Source of the DNA: a virus
IMG/VR virus record: IMGVR_UViG_3300041964_000083
Location: 89,953 to 153,952 of that record
DNA length: 64,000 nt
Reading direction: 5' to 3' (one strand)
The translations under genes were made by a program, and so were the position numbers. Shown piece after piece: positions 20,580-31,361 of the stretch (position 1 is the first letter of the stretch; every line of letters begins with the position of its first letter). Under the pieces are notes generated by a model, which saw nothing but the letters and a program-made list of their open reading frames with translations, was not told the origin of the DNA and did no database searches.

Positions 20580-20681
20580 TGTAGCCTTCTAGGTAAACAC
20601 TGTATGCGATCGCGTCTTGTCTGGAAAACTTACGCGATCGCACGTCCACTAACCCACAAGCTAATGGAGCAACTATCCATC

Positions 20682-21560
20682 ATGACACAAATTGAGCAAG
20701 TTGTTAAACAAATTCAATCAGAGTTCCGCGTAAACCCCAATGGGCAAGTATTTACCAGTATTCGCGGTGCAGCAAGGTTAGCCGATATTGATGAATCGTC
20801 AATTAGAACAGCTCTCCATAGTGCGGGACAAAAACCATCGCGTTTAGCTGAATTCCTTATCCAACAAGGATTTGAAAGTGCGGAGCTAATTTCGTGGGTA
20901 ACTACAAGGATACCCGATATTGCACTTGCGTTGATTCTTGAGTACTACGCTTACGAGTGCCAAGAACGCTATCGCTCAGAGCAAGCCAAGCTTTGTTGTC
21001 GCGCATTTAATTCCGTAGGTATCAGGGATTGGGTTAAAAAATCAATAGGGTGGGAGGTACAACTAGCAAGCGGGATAACCAAAACCGAAAGCCGTATAGA
21101 AGAAATACTGGCTCAAAACCAGCAAATGATGCAGCAAAGTCAGCAAATGATGATGGCAATCGCGATGATGTGTCAGCAGCAAGGAATCCAAATGGAATCA
21201 CTTGCATCACAGGTTTCTTCTGTTGATACCCGACTAACGCGCATCGAATCAGACCGCGATGATGCAATTGCAGAACTCGATGAAGCCGAACCCCCATCTG
21301 TTGAAGCAGAAGACCTAACCACCCGTGCCAAACTTAATCGCTTGGTTCGCGATTATAGTGCGGCTACCGCTATTCCGTTTAGCGAAGTGTGGAAGCGAGT
21401 ATATCGAGAATTCCGCGATCGATATCATGTTGATCTCAAGCGGCGGTCTAAAAATATCCAAGAAAGTGGCGGCAAAAAGCTAAGTTCTTTAGATGTTTGC
21501 GAACACCTCGGCATGATAGAACAGCTATACGCTGTAGCATTTGCGCTATTAAAAGCTTAA
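20682..21560 (+). CDS. Antirepressor-like protein (DNA-binding N-terminus, coiled coil, ORF6C-like C-terminus)
   Basis: SIRGAARLADID; RAKLNRLVRDYS..WKRVYREFRDRYHVDL; GGAG upstream of 20682. Confidence 0.7.
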   Translation: MTQIEQVVKQIQSEFRVNPNGQVFTSIRGAARLADIDESSIRTALHSAGQKPSRLAEFLIQQGFESAELISWVTTRIPDIALALILEYYAYECQERYRSEQAKLCCRAFNSVGIRDWVKKSIGWEVQLASGITKTESRIEEILAQNQQMMQQSQQMMMAIAMMCQQQGIQMESLASQVSSVDTRLTRIESDRDDAIAELDEAEPPSVEAEDLTTRAKLNRLVRDYSAATAIPFSEVWKRVYREFRDRYHVDLKRRSKNIQESGGKKLSSLDVCEHLGMIEQLYAVAFALLKA

Positions 21561-21651
21561 TTCGCTTAGGCTTTTGTCAACCTGCCATTCTCTTTGTAGT
21601 TGGCAGGTTGGGCAAATCGCCCTTGTCAACACACAACACCCAACAAGTAAA

Positions 21652-21885
21652 ATGGCTGAATCAATCAAGGTAACTGTCAAGAAAGAATTAGAAATTGACT
21701 TAGACACTCTTCAAAACCATTGCTCTGATGATGCTGAAAAAATGGAAAAGATGCTTAATTTATTTCAAAGCATTGAGAAAGAAGACGATTTGTTTAAGCG
21801 TGAAAACGAAGACTTGCTTATCTTATTAGGGGAAATTACCGAAGAAGACGGGGATTCAGACACAAGGTTTGAAATTTACGTTTAA
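21652..21885 (+). CDS. Small acidic hypothetical protein
   Basis: ORF after a leader hairpin at about 21574-21616. Confidence 0.55.
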   Translation: MAESIKVTVKKELEIDLDTLQNHCSDDAEKMEKMLNLFQSIEKEDDLFKRENEDLLILLGEITEEDGDSDTRFEIYV

Positions 21886-22252
21886 GTTTATTTGCGATCG
21901 CGTACTGCTTCCCTTAAAGATTAGGAATACGCGATCGCGCAACTACATCAACAATCAAAGGAGCAAAACAATGGTAGAATACACAGTTCGATTTAGAGTT
22001 GAAATCAAATACCTCACAGAGGAAGAACAAGAAGAAGCGATTTTGTTAGAAAAAATGAATGTTTATGAAAACAAACTTGTATCTTTAACACCCGAACAGG
22101 TTTTTCAAGAGGATGCCGTGTATATTTGGGATACGTATATTTGGTTTGAGCAAAGCTTAAATTTTGTGCCTCAAATTGGAATGGAGTTCCCCGATGTTTT
22201 TGATAACTTGAAATGGTGGAAACCTGATGACATACCAATCGTGTCACATATA

Positions 22253-23393
22253 TAGCCAGTCTAAATGATTCGTGAAAGCGAATGCCGCGAATAAGTGATA
22301 AAGTAGAAAGTTATTTTAGGGAAATAATAATGATATCTGAGTCGAGAGAGAAAGAAATTAAGACTTTAACAGACTTCATCACTAGTAATCCAGACCCCAG
22401 AGAGTTGAAGAGAGCCTTGGCGATAAAATTAGCACTAGAAGGCTATGCTTATCGAGCTATTAAACAAAGTTTAGGAGTGTCTTATGGATTTATAAGTAAA
22501 TGGAAAACAAGTTTTGAAGCCTGGGGAATATCCGGAATTAAATTAGCTCATAAAGGGAGCCAAAGTTTCTTGACTGAAGAACAAATAGAACAAGTAATAA
22601 CTTGGCTATTTTCCCAAAATCATTGGGATATATCCGAATTAGAAGTTTATCTAATAGACCATTATGACGTGGTCTTTCAATCACCGCAGAGTTATTATGC
22701 GCTGCTGAAGAAAGCTCGGATAAGTTGGCAAAAAGCTCAACAAGTCAATCCTCGCCAAAACCCGGAATTGGTAAAAAAAAGAACTCAAGAACTCGCCAAT
22801 CTCCTGGAAAATAGACGCCAAGAGATAGAAGCGGGAAGCCTTGTCGTCTATCTTATAGACGAATGTCATCTGCTGTGGAATGATATTTGTGGTTACCTAT
22901 GGAATTTCATTAAAAATCCTCGAAAAGTTCCCCTGCTCAATCCTAAAGAAAGACAAACTTACTATGGAGCCTTAAATTTAATGTCTCCGGACTTTGTTCT
23001 ATCAGCTTATCAGGCTGGAAATGGGGAATGTACGGTAGATTTTGTCAAGAAATTACTGGAAAGAAATAAACGGGCGAAACTTTTGCTGATTTGGGATGGA
23101 GCCATCTATCATCGTGGTCAAGAAATGCAGGAATTTTTAGCTCAACACAATGATGGTTTATCTCCCGATGAATGGCGAATTACTTGTGAGTTATTTCCTG
23201 CCTATGCTCCCGAAGAAAATCCGGTTGAAGCCATTTGGTTACAATTAAAAAGTTTACTGAGAAGATTTTATAGATTTGGGAAGAATTTTAACATAGTTAA
23301 ACGTCTTTTCAAAATGTTTGCTGACCTAAAACTTTTCAATTTTCCTAATCTTGAAAGGTATCAGGCATTTTCACAATTCATTTAGACTAGCTA
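22253..23393 (+). mobile_element. IS630-family insertion sequence
   Basis: TIRs tagccagtctaaatga / tcatttagactagcta; TA duplication at 22251-52 and 23394-95. Confidence 0.92.
22282..23385 (+). CDS. tnp: IS630-family transposase
   Basis: HTH N-terminus; DDE triad in IDEC, IWDGAIYH, PEENPVEAIW. Confidence 0.95.
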   Translation: MPRISDKVESYFREIIMISESREKEIKTLTDFITSNPDPRELKRALAIKLALEGYAYRAIKQSLGVSYGFISKWKTSFEAWGISGIKLAHKGSQSFLTEEQIEQVITWLFSQNHWDISELEVYLIDHYDVVFQSPQSYYALLKKARISWQKAQQVNPRQNPELVKKRTQELANLLENRRQEIEAGSLVVYLIDECHLLWNDICGYLWNFIKNPRKVPLLNPKERQTYYGALNLMSPDFVLSAYQAGNGECTVDFVKKLLERNKRAKLLLIWDGAIYHRGQEMQEFLAQHNDGLSPDEWRITCELFPAYAPEENPVEAIWLQLKSLLRRFYRFGKNFNIVKRLFKMFADLKLFNFPNLERYQAFSQFI

Positions 23394-23531
23394 TAGCTTA
23401 TTACTTTAAACACAGTGTCTTCATTGTTGATTTAGATTATGGGTGTAACTACCTAGATACAATCAGACGAATAGCAGTAAGACAGATTCAAAGTTTATAA
23501 TCGCACAATTCAATTAACAATCAAAAAAACA

Positions 23532-23864
23532 ATGAGTTACTTGGACGATCTAATAGTAATCAAATACATAGGGACAATTTTTTACGTTAGTCCTGATAAA
23601 AACAAACAGTTTTACACCGTTGAAAGCAAAGTTCCTCTAATAACAACAGAGAATGTACCTTTTGATAAAATCCAGGAAGCTGTACAAAAGCAATGTTTGC
23701 TTAAGGATGCGTATTACAAAGCAACAAAATCAACGTGTGGTTATGAAACTGTGGCTGAATTAGAAGCAATGCATCCTTTCGCGTCGTGGGCAGAAATCTC
23801 TGCGGGTAATAAAGAACTGGAAAATGTCTTGATAAATCAACTCAATCTCAATAACACAGATTGA
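23532..23864 (+). CDS. Hypothetical protein
   Basis: 110-aa ORF. Confidence 0.55.
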   Translation: MSYLDDLIVIKYIGTIFYVSPDKNKQFYTVESKVPLITTENVPFDKIQEAVQKQCLLKDAYYKATKSTCGYETVAELEAMHPFASWAEISAGNKELENVLINQLNLNNTD

Positions 23865-23897
23865 GTAAGACTACCCAACTAACAACTAATCGATGTT

Positions 23898-23924
23898 AAA
23901 CCCCACTAAACGTGGGGTTTTTTG
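23898..23924. terminator. Bidirectional intrinsic terminator
   Basis: aaaccccac-taaac-gtggggttttttt between convergent genes. Confidence 0.75.
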
Positions 23925-26279
23925 TTAGAACTGTCTGCGGCTCTGCCCTTTGGTGGCAATCATACCGAGTGTGTTACTCGTTCCACCTCCGGTGGTTTCA
24001 AGTTTGGGTTCACCGGATGCACCGTCACCTGCACCAGCATCCTCGACTTCCTCTATTCGATAGTCAACAGCGCGGTTATGGTCGATACCTAACGTTAAAC
24101 TTGTGCCATCACAGAGGCAGATAGGAGATAGTCCGTGATTGGTGCTAACACCTGAATAATTTAATGTCCACGACACGCCCAACACACGCTCTCTGCCGAA
24201 TTTAGCGAAGCGATCGCTGCCAACACTCACTACATCGCCATCTCTGACATTGGGGTAGTACCAAGAAACTTTCTTCGAGGATTGGCACGCTTGCAGGTCT
24301 TTGATGCGTAAATCCAATATGGCGGCATTGAGCGCTTGTTGGAATGTGGCGGCTTCTGGGTAAGACTTGGATGATTCAATTGCAGTGAATTCGGTGAGTA
24401 GATCGGAGGTGAGGAGGTATTTCTTAGTTTTGCCCGCTTTGGGTTTACCAAAAGTCACCCAACGATCCGGTGGAACTTCCTGCTTCTCCCATTGGGTATC
24501 GCGAGTCGAGGCTTCGGGTGGGCGTCCAATCACTTCTTTAAAGTTTGCGTGTTCGGCACTGGTAAGAAAGCCCGAATCCTGGAATGATGAGTTGGTAACC
24601 CGCTCCCGATACTTATTGGCAGAACCAATTGTGCGATCAACTTGATAGTAACTCTCTTCTCCCGTCGTTAGTGGCGCTTTGTAGTCGTCTGGGGGAGCTG
24701 AATTTGGGTTTGCTGCCCAGAGGAAGGTGTTGACTACCTTAGATTCAGTTTTAATGAACATCGGTTCTTTAAACGCTGGATCTGGGGTAAGAATCCCCAC
24801 CATGCCGCTTGACGTAATATTTTGCGTAGCTACAAGGCGTTTGAAGCGTTCCTCAAGCTCGTCGTATTTGCGCCACTCTACAGAGAAGGGGGAACCAACA
24901 TCTGTACCGTATTCTTTGCGTGTAGATTTAAGTAGGTAGGCTTGGATTTGCTGTCCTGTAACTTTTTTGTACCGAACCAAGTTGTAGTAAGGATTTTCTT
25001 CATCAATAGACGCATAACCCACTTCACCCCCTTCAGCTTCCTTAGCCAAACGAACCAATTTAGTTGTTGTGGTTTGAATTTGAGTTAAATATTGCGTCGT
25101 GTTTTGAAACGTAACCGTCCCACCCAACGCTGAACCTGAAACTAAATGGGCATAATCGGGGTGAATAATTAGGTTAACAAAGCCCGCCACACTACTTTGT
25201 GCATATTTGGGGTTAGGGTCTTTAGCACGAACGGTAAAAGTAGTTGCAGGTAGGGATTCGTAGATATGTTGCGTTTCCTGGCGCTCAACTAACTTCCAAA
25301 ATTGACCTGGGTTTGAAGAAAACAACATATCCCCAGTCCAGATATCGGATGCAATGTAGCAAAACTTGTAAATCTCTATTATTTCGCGTTCTGGCGTACC
25401 GTTTATGGTCGTAGTTTTTTTTACGGTCTTGGGTGGGCTACTCTCATCACAAGTTGAGGAGAGGTCTTTTAAAATAAACGTGTTGGGTGGAGGACTTGCG
25501 TAGTCTTCATCCCCTTCCACAATCGTCTCAATTTGCGGCTCTTTTCGTACCAGTTGTGTGCCATTAGTCGGAGTTGTAGATTCAGGACTATCTTTGGATT
25601 TCCCCCAAGTCAGTTCAGTATCACGATACCCGTTCCACCCCGATCGCGTATTTTGCCCATCTACAATCACATCGGGTGTCGCAAACGTCCAGTTTGCTGC
25701 GCCAGAGTCAAAGTTTTTAAAGTGACAGCCATTCGTCCAGCTTACATAACACCCATTAATCCGAAGGTGGGCATTAACGGCATCTTGAACACTGATTGTT
25801 AGGTTGGCATCAGAGTTGGGCGGAATGGGAATGTTGATGTTGGGTCCTATGTAGGGAATTTGAGCAGCCCGACATAACGCCGATAAGGAAACGTATGGAG
25901 AATTACGGCTTGCAACACTAAATACCTTAATGGGTTTAGCTGACCGCAACTCATAAAGAGATTTTAGAGCGATGCTGACTTTATAAGTTGCAAACGGCTG
26001 CTGCTTACTGGGGTGGCGTTCGCGATCAAAACCAAACGACATTACAACAAAGGGTGTAATGTTATTGTTTAGTACAACTTGAGTAACGTTTGGTACATAC
26101 GTATTTTCATATCGCGCAATGTCTACTTCCCGCACCCCTTCATAGCTAAAACTTGCTGATGGATGCCCTTCAAAGCTTAAGCCAAGATTCAAGCTCCCAA
26201 AGTAAATAGGGATAGTCGGCTGGGGTGGGTTGCGGACAATACTTGGTTTAGTTTTATTAATGCGTCCCGTTACTGGCAT
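23925..26279 (-). CDS. Putative tail/baseplate hub-like virion protein
   Basis: 784-aa ORF in structural operon. Confidence 0.5.
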   Translation of the reverse strand: MPVTGRINKTKPSIVRNPPQPTIPIYFGSLNLGLSFEGHPSASFSYEGVREVDIARYENTYVPNVTQVVLNNNITPFVVMSFGFDRERHPSKQQPFATYKVSIALKSLYELRSAKPIKVFSVASRNSPYVSLSALCRAAQIPYIGPNINIPIPPNSDANLTISVQDAVNAHLRINGCYVSWTNGCHFKNFDSGAANWTFATPDVIVDGQNTRSGWNGYRDTELTWGKSKDSPESTTPTNGTQLVRKEPQIETIVEGDEDYASPPPNTFILKDLSSTCDESSPPKTVKKTTTINGTPEREIIEIYKFCYIASDIWTGDMLFSSNPGQFWKLVERQETQHIYESLPATTFTVRAKDPNPKYAQSSVAGFVNLIIHPDYAHLVSGSALGGTVTFQNTTQYLTQIQTTTTKLVRLAKEAEGGEVGYASIDEENPYYNLVRYKKVTGQQIQAYLLKSTRKEYGTDVGSPFSVEWRKYDELEERFKRLVATQNITSSGMVGILTPDPAFKEPMFIKTESKVVNTFLWAANPNSAPPDDYKAPLTTGEESYYQVDRTIGSANKYRERVTNSSFQDSGFLTSAEHANFKEVIGRPPEASTRDTQWEKQEVPPDRWVTFGKPKAGKTKKYLLTSDLLTEFTAIESSKSYPEAATFQQALNAAILDLRIKDLQACQSSKKVSWYYPNVRDGDVVSVGSDRFAKFGRERVLGVSWTLNYSGVSTNHGLSPICLCDGTSLTLGIDHNRAVDYRIEEVEDAGAGDGASGEPKLETTGGGTSNTLGMIATKGQSRRQF

Positions 26280-26297
26280 TACGTTTCCCTAATACCG

Positions 26298-26984
26298 CTA
26301 TACATCAACCTTTATCTGTCTTAGCGTAAATCCTCGTGTTGCCCCTTGTGCGATCGTCTGGGTTGCCGGTAATTGACCTGCACTCGGACCTGTAGGTGGC
26401 TCAAACTGATCAATTGTACCCGTTGTTGCCTGGTATACGGCTGTACCACCTCTAATTAACACTAGATAGTTATAGGTAATATTTCCCGTGGTTGGGGTAA
26501 AAGTGACAGTCACAGGTGGTGTGGCAGCACGGTTATTGGCAGCATCTTGTACGGCTGCTCCAGGGGCGTAAGGTTGCCTTGCCGAACCAAAATACTGGGA
26601 TTCATAACGCGCCCATATTGTTAAGTCGTCGGTTTGATCCGGTACTTGTTCTGTTGCTGTGTGCGCTCCCGTTCCTACATCCGTAATAACTACGGCTGTG
26701 CCACCTCTTGTTAAGGATAACTGGAACGTTGTAGCAGTTCGGTTGATAACAAAGTAAGTGGTGTTGGTATTGAGTCCTGCCGGTAGCGTACCTGCTGATG
26801 AGACTCTGATTCGGTTACCATTTACAAAGTTATGTCCGCCCGCAACCGTAAAAGTACTTGGTGTAGCAGCGGTAAACGTTGGTGTTGCTATCTGATAATT
26901 GACAAGCAACACAAAAAAACCAGTTTGGCTGTTGTAGCAAAAGTCAATTTGGTTAGCAAGTGTTTGTAAACTATGAACTGGCAC
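26298..26984 (-). CDS. Virion protein with beta-barrel insertion domain
   Basis: GHNFVNGNRIRVSSAGTLPAGLNTNTTYFVINRTATTFQLS..GGTAV.ITDVGTG.HT, common in phage tail proteins. Confidence 0.65.
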   Translation of the reverse strand: MPVHSLQTLANQIDFCYNSQTGFFVLLVNYQIATPTFTAATPSTFTVAGGHNFVNGNRIRVSSAGTLPAGLNTNTTYFVINRTATTFQLSLTRGGTAVVITDVGTGAHTATEQVPDQTDDLTIWARYESQYFGSARQPYAPGAAVQDAANNRAATPPVTVTFTPTTGNITYNYLVLIRGGTAVYQATTGTIDQFEPPTGPSAGQLPATQTIAQGATRGFTLRQIKVDV

Positions 26985-26994
26985 GAATTAACTC

Positions 26995-28464
26995 CTAAGA
27001 CATTATAGATGTTGCGTTAACAATGGACACAATGGGTACTGCGTTTTGAGTTACTGATTGCCACTGTGTTGTCAGTGAAAAATTGGCTGCCGGATTAACA
27101 AACGATAACCAACCACTGGTTAGCGGCAGTGATACCCCTGGTGTCTCTTGTACTGCGATCGCGCTTATTACCCAACCCGTAGTTGAAGGGAAAGTAGTGA
27201 AATCGTCGGTAGACGTGAACCCTATTTGATTGCCGACTGTACTAAAAACATTTGTTGGTAACGTAACTGTACTTTGCCAACCAGTTGTTGCTTGAATAAG
27301 TGTTGTCGCTGCTTCTTCTGCAATAACTGAACTTGCCCAGCCACTTGTTAATGAGACAAGATCTGGATTTACTACAGAAAATCCAAACCCATTACCTACA
27401 ACACCAGCAACTGCCGTTACAACAGTTGGCAAAAACGTGCTTTGCCAAGCTGCTGTTAATGAAAGTTGTATTGTCGGCGTATCTGCTATCTGGATAGGAT
27501 TATCAACCCAACCACCGCTTGCTGTGAGTGTTACGTAGTCAGTTTGAGTGAAAACAACTCCAGTGCAAGCGGTAGTAAGGTATATTTCACCACCAAAGTC
27601 TTCTGTAATCGCTATTTCACTCGACCAAGAGCTAATAGCGATCGCGTCTTTAGTTTTGCTCTGGGTACTACTTCCTGATACGTTGCTTAATTGCGAAGTG
27701 CGCTTCGAGTAATTCCATAGTGCGGGTGTAGGCGCATCGATAAGGATTGGGCTAAATACGGTGCAGAGTTTTGAAACTTCATTCCATATAAATTGCCCAA
27801 CTTGGGGATTATTGGCATCCGGTGCAGGTGCAAAACTTACCCCCATCCAATCAAATCGATCTATATGATCGATTCCAGGAAACTTGAATGTCGCCGCATA
27901 AGCAACAAATTCCGTTGACGCGCTGTACGTGCCACTAATTTCTAATTCCTCCCCAACTGCGATCGCGTAATCAGTCGAGATTGTTAGCGTTTGCTCTTGC
28001 TGAGTAAAAGATAACCGTAACCCTCTGTACTCAACACTTTTCACCGTCAACCCAGAAGCAATCGCGATCGCTTGTCCTGGAATCGGTGCACCCGTTAATA
28101 GGACGACATAAAAAAGAGCCGGGATAGCAAGCGCTGGGGAGTAGAGGTTAACTGCCTCATCTCCTAACCAAAGCGTTTTGATTAATGGATTAGTCGGATC
28201 GGGTAATAGCGCAAAACCTTCAAGGCTTGGTGACCTGAAGGTAAACGGTAATAGAAACTTGAGGAGATAACCTGTCGCGATCGGAGGAGGGATGTCAACT
28301 TCTTCTACCCCAAACCCTGGTGTGTCGTAATTGGCGTAAGTATTGATACGCGCAAGCACACCCAATCCTCTACTTTCCCCCTGCCAAACACGAAAAGTAG
28401 GAGGAATAGTATTGGCTGATGCGGACTTACTGGTCGGTAGATCTGCTCCAGTGAGCCGAAACAT
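26995..28464 (-). CDS. Putative virion protein with C-terminal TxGW repeats
   Basis: Repeated (T/S)xGW(Q/V/A)S motifs. Confidence 0.5.
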   Translation of the reverse strand: MFRLTGADLPTSKSASANTIPPTFRVWQGESRGLGVLARINTYANYDTPGFGVEEVDIPPPIATGYLLKFLLPFTFRSPSLEGFALLPDPTNPLIKTLWLGDEAVNLYSPALAIPALFYVVLLTGAPIPGQAIAIASGLTVKSVEYRGLRLSFTQQEQTLTISTDYAIAVGEELEISGTYSASTEFVAYAATFKFPGIDHIDRFDWMGVSFAPAPDANNPQVGQFIWNEVSKLCTVFSPILIDAPTPALWNYSKRTSQLSNVSGSSTQSKTKDAIAISSWSSEIAITEDFGGEIYLTTACTGVVFTQTDYVTLTASGGWVDNPIQIADTPTIQLSLTAAWQSTFLPTVVTAVAGVVGNGFGFSVVNPDLVSLTSGWASSVIAEEAATTLIQATTGWQSTVTLPTNVFSTVGNQIGFTSTDDFTTFPSTTGWVISAIAVQETPGVSLPLTSGWLSFVNPAANFSLTTQWQSVTQNAVPIVSIVNATSIMS

Positions 28465-28847
28465 TACACGTAATCCAAACTGATATACGTAAGCTTCAGT
28501 TCGCTGAACACGATTCGACCATTGATGTTGATAGCTCCGCTCTGGGTCACGTCATCAAGGTAAGCGTTGGTGATGGTTTGACCAAACAGGGTGATGTCTT
28601 CCCCTGTTAGCTGCCCATTAATAGCTGAAAGGGTGTTGTTGTAGCGCTCTGTCTCGAATTCATCGAAGCGACTGCCAACGGGACCTTTAAACGTGAATTC
28701 AACCTGCTTCTTCTTGAGCTTGACGTTGATAATCCCACCTTCGCCTAGGTTGATGGGGACATCCTTCGTCTCTGCATCGGAAACTGAGATGCCGTCCGGC
28801 TCAACGGCTAAATCTTTGAAAACAAATCTAATGTAAGGAATCGGCAT
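28464..28847 (-). CDS. Putative tail-tube/structural protein (start uncertain)
   Basis: MPIPYIRFVFK...; first gene of structural operon. Confidence 0.45.
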   Translation of the reverse strand: MPIPYIRFVFKDLAVEPDGISVSDAETKDVPINLGEGGIINVKLKKKQVEFTFKGPVGSRFDEFETERYNNTLSAINGQLTGEDITLFGQTITNAYLDDVTQSGAININGRIVFSELKLTYISLDYV

Positions 28848-29013
28848 CTTTCGCGATCGCGTACTACTCCTTAAAGTTAGGAGAAGATATTGTGCGATCG
28901 GCTGAAACACTCACTATTGCATCATCCGACAACTATTCGTTGTCAAACAAAAACCCTTTTGATTTAATCAAGAGGGTTGTATACGAATTATTCAGATGCG
29001 GTGTTTATGTGAC

Positions 29014-29721
29014 TTAGCTTGCTTTTAGAACTGACGCGATCGCTTCTGCCAATACATCATCAGGATAGCTATTGACAGTTCCGTGTCGTTCATCAGGCAC
29101 TTGCCCCATCGGATAACCCTTGGCTCGACAAATCTTACCCGCAACAGTTCCAACTCGGCGTGCCATTGCTTCACCAATCCGAATTCGCTTTACTCGGCAG
29201 TATGCCCGCACAGTAGAGTAGTTAGATGCACCGTTAAGTGCTGCAACCTTTTCCTCCACAACCTCAGTACGACACTCTAGTTGATGTTGTTTCGATTCGA
29301 TTTCAGCTTGGCGACGTTCTTGTTCTAGCATCTGATGACCAATCATAACGATGGTTTCAGCAAGAGATTTGGGTTGAGGTTGAACCGCCTCTGATGTGAC
29401 TTTATACCCAGCTAACTTATGCAGAAAGACTCGAACACCAGCTTTGAGCAGTTGTTTTGCCATCATTGGGTTATCATCGACAATCCAGTCTGTAATCAGA
29501 TCTTCATTCACCAATACAACACCTTGTATTCCTCCTGGGGTAAGGATTTCATCTGTTTTTGCTTCGTTTGATGCAACGGCTTTTAATCGTCGAGAAATAG
29601 TTCCTTTGTCTTTTCCGCTCATCCGAGCATAGCCAGACACAGAGCAAAAACTTTCGCCTGTCTGCTGATTGATAATAATTTCGATTCCGTTATCCGACTT
29701 AAAAGCTGATAAATTAGACAT
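29014..29721 (-). CDS. Antirepressor-like protein
   Basis: GESFCSVSGYARMSG N-terminus; C-terminal YSTVRAY..GKICRAKGY..VPDERHGTVNSYP domain. Confidence 0.75.
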   Translation of the reverse strand: MSNLSAFKSDNGIEIIINQQTGESFCSVSGYARMSGKDKGTISRRLKAVASNEAKTDEILTPGGIQGVVLVNEDLITDWIVDDNPMMAKQLLKAGVRVFLHKLAGYKVTSEAVQPQPKSLAETIVMIGHQMLEQERRQAEIESKQHQLECRTEVVEEKVAALNGASNYSTVRAYCRVKRIRIGEAMARRVGTVAGKICRAKGYPMGQVPDERHGTVNSYPDDVLAEAIASVLKAS

Positions 29722-29854
29722 TGCTCATTTCCTTTTGTAGGTTAGTGGGCAGCAGCCACCCTGCGTGTGTTCAATTCGACAGGGTGGCTGCGTTTACTTG
29801 CTAAGTGAATTCAGTACATCTATAATTATGGATGTACATAACATAATAAGTCAA

Positions 29855-30115
29855 ATGGTTAGACCTACATATTGGGATGAAACAAAAGAGCGACATCAAA
29901 TTAGACTTACGCCAACGTGTTGGCAACATTTAGATGATATAGCAGCAGCAAATGCCCTACCTAGTAGAGCAGAAGCGATTGAATACTTGTCTCGGTTTGC
30001 AGCTAGGAATTACATCATATTCAAAAAAGATAGTAGAGCGATCGCACATGACTCAACACAGACTTTACGGACTGCGGGGAAAAGCATACGTCACTCGCTA
30101 CAAACAAATCTTTGA
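29855..30115 (+). CDS. Ribbon-helix-helix regulator
   Basis: KERHQIRLTPTCWQHLDDIAAANALPSRAEAIE; divergent from 29721 gene. Confidence 0.75.
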   Translation: MVRPTYWDETKERHQIRLTPTCWQHLDDIAAANALPSRAEAIEYLSRFAARNYIIFKKDSRAIAHDSTQTLRTAGKSIRHSLQTNL

Positions 30116-30353
30116 AAGCGATCACGCCGCCATTCTTGCTGCATTCAACGGCTTGGTTGAACGTGATGGGAAGTTTACGCCTGTGCATTTAGGACAACTT
30201 TGCAACGAGTTCCAGCTGCCTGTAAAGGTAATGGACGATTTCTTGCCAGAGATCACTAACCGCAGGTATTCTGCTGGAACATGGGAGCGACTGCAAGATA
30301 GAGGGTGCAAGGCAAAAGATATTGGTGTTACTTGGGAGCGCGATCGCACATGA
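30048..30353 (+). CDS. Hypothetical protein
   Basis: HIP1-AC-ATG start context. Confidence 0.6.
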   Translation: MTQHRLYGLRGKAYVTRYKQIFESDHAAILAAFNGLVERDGKFTPVHLGQLCNEFQLPVKVMDDFLPEITNRRYSAGTWERLQDRGCKAKDIGVTWERDRT

Positions 30354-30943
30354 CAAATCAACCAACCAACACAGACGCCGTACTAGGCGGTAACAATCAA
30401 ACAACTGCTGCGGTGCTTGGAGGTATCGAAGGAGCAAAGCGAAGATTTCATCAAGCCAAAGAATTCCAGCAGCGATACGCCGCATGGCTGGAGATAGCCA
30501 AATATGACCCAGCAGAAGCAGAGCGATTGAGCAACCAGTTGATTAGGTTAAATATCGAAATTGATGAAGCTGGGGTGCAGAAGCTTCGTGATGCGATCGC
30601 GTCAGCACAACAAGCCATTGCAAATATGGCAACCACAATCGCACCAACATTTAAAAATGTTATTGATACATATCAGTATTTGGAGCAATTACGGAGAAAT
30701 GGCGTTATTAGCGACTACGAATATGTAAGTAGTTTGCGAGAACTTCAAAATATGAATACGCCTTCATTTCCAGAAAAGAAAGCTGAAAGTAAAGGAATAC
30801 TTCTTCAGATATGGGATGCTAAGGATGAAGCTGAGTGGAGAAAAGAGAAAGAACTGGAGAAAAAACATATAGCCAAGTTAAAACAATCTTCTTATCTAGA
30901 TGGGGTTGAGCGCATTATTGGGAAACGCAAGCGGAAATATTAA
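30350..30943 (+). CDS. Hypothetical protein with DAVLGG/AAVLGG cyanobacterial N-terminal motif
   Basis: MTNQPTNTDAVLGG...AAVLGGIEG. Confidence 0.65.
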   Translation: MTNQPTNTDAVLGGNNQTTAAVLGGIEGAKRRFHQAKEFQQRYAAWLEIAKYDPAEAERLSNQLIRLNIEIDEAGVQKLRDAIASAQQAIANMATTIAPTFKNVIDTYQYLEQLRRNGVISDYEYVSSLRELQNMNTPSFPEKKAESKGILLQIWDAKDEAEWRKEKELEKKHIAKLKQSSYLDGVERIIGKRKRKY

Positions 30944-30958
30944 GCGTATTTAATTCAC

Positions 30959-31312
30959 ATGATAGATCAATCAACACAACACAAAGATTTCCAATTTACA
31001 ATTGCTGGTAAAGTTTACACTGTACCTGCTGCGGTATTCGTAGAAGCCACAAAAGATGTTACTGCTACTAAATGGCATGACAAAGACAAAAATTGTTTAT
31101 TTGCAGCAAAAGAGGCTTTCTTTAAATCTATTAACGCAATTTACTATCTTGATGACTCGCGTAGTTTTCGCCACACGCTTCATATCGATGGTGTTTTGGT
31201 TTGGGTAGATTATTGGAAAGATAGGGCAAAAGAGAATTTAATGGCAAATCTGTTTGAATCACTAGCAGACTACATCTACGAGATTGGAATAATCTCTAAA
31301 CCTCTAAATTAA
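30959..31312 (+). CDS. Hypothetical protein
   Basis: 117-aa ORF. Confidence 0.55.
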   Translation: MIDQSTQHKDFQFTIAGKVYTVPAAVFVEATKDVTATKWHDKDKNCLFAAKEAFFKSINAIYYLDDSRSFRHTLHIDGVLVWVDYWKDRAKENLMANLFESLADYIYEIGIISKPLN

Positions 31313-31332
31313 TTGCGCGATCGCACATAACA

Positions 31333-31361
31333 AACCCCTCGGCTCACACTGAGGGGTTTTT
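31333..31361. terminator. Bidirectional terminator
   Basis: aaacccctcg-gctcaca-ctgaggggttttt between convergent genes. Confidence 0.7.

Larger units (their letters stand above)
21971..23500 (+). pseudogene. Hypothetical gene interrupted by IS630
   Basis: Frame ...IVSHI continues after the TA duplication as AYYFKHSVFIVDLDYG...QSL* (23396-23500). Confidence 0.75.
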
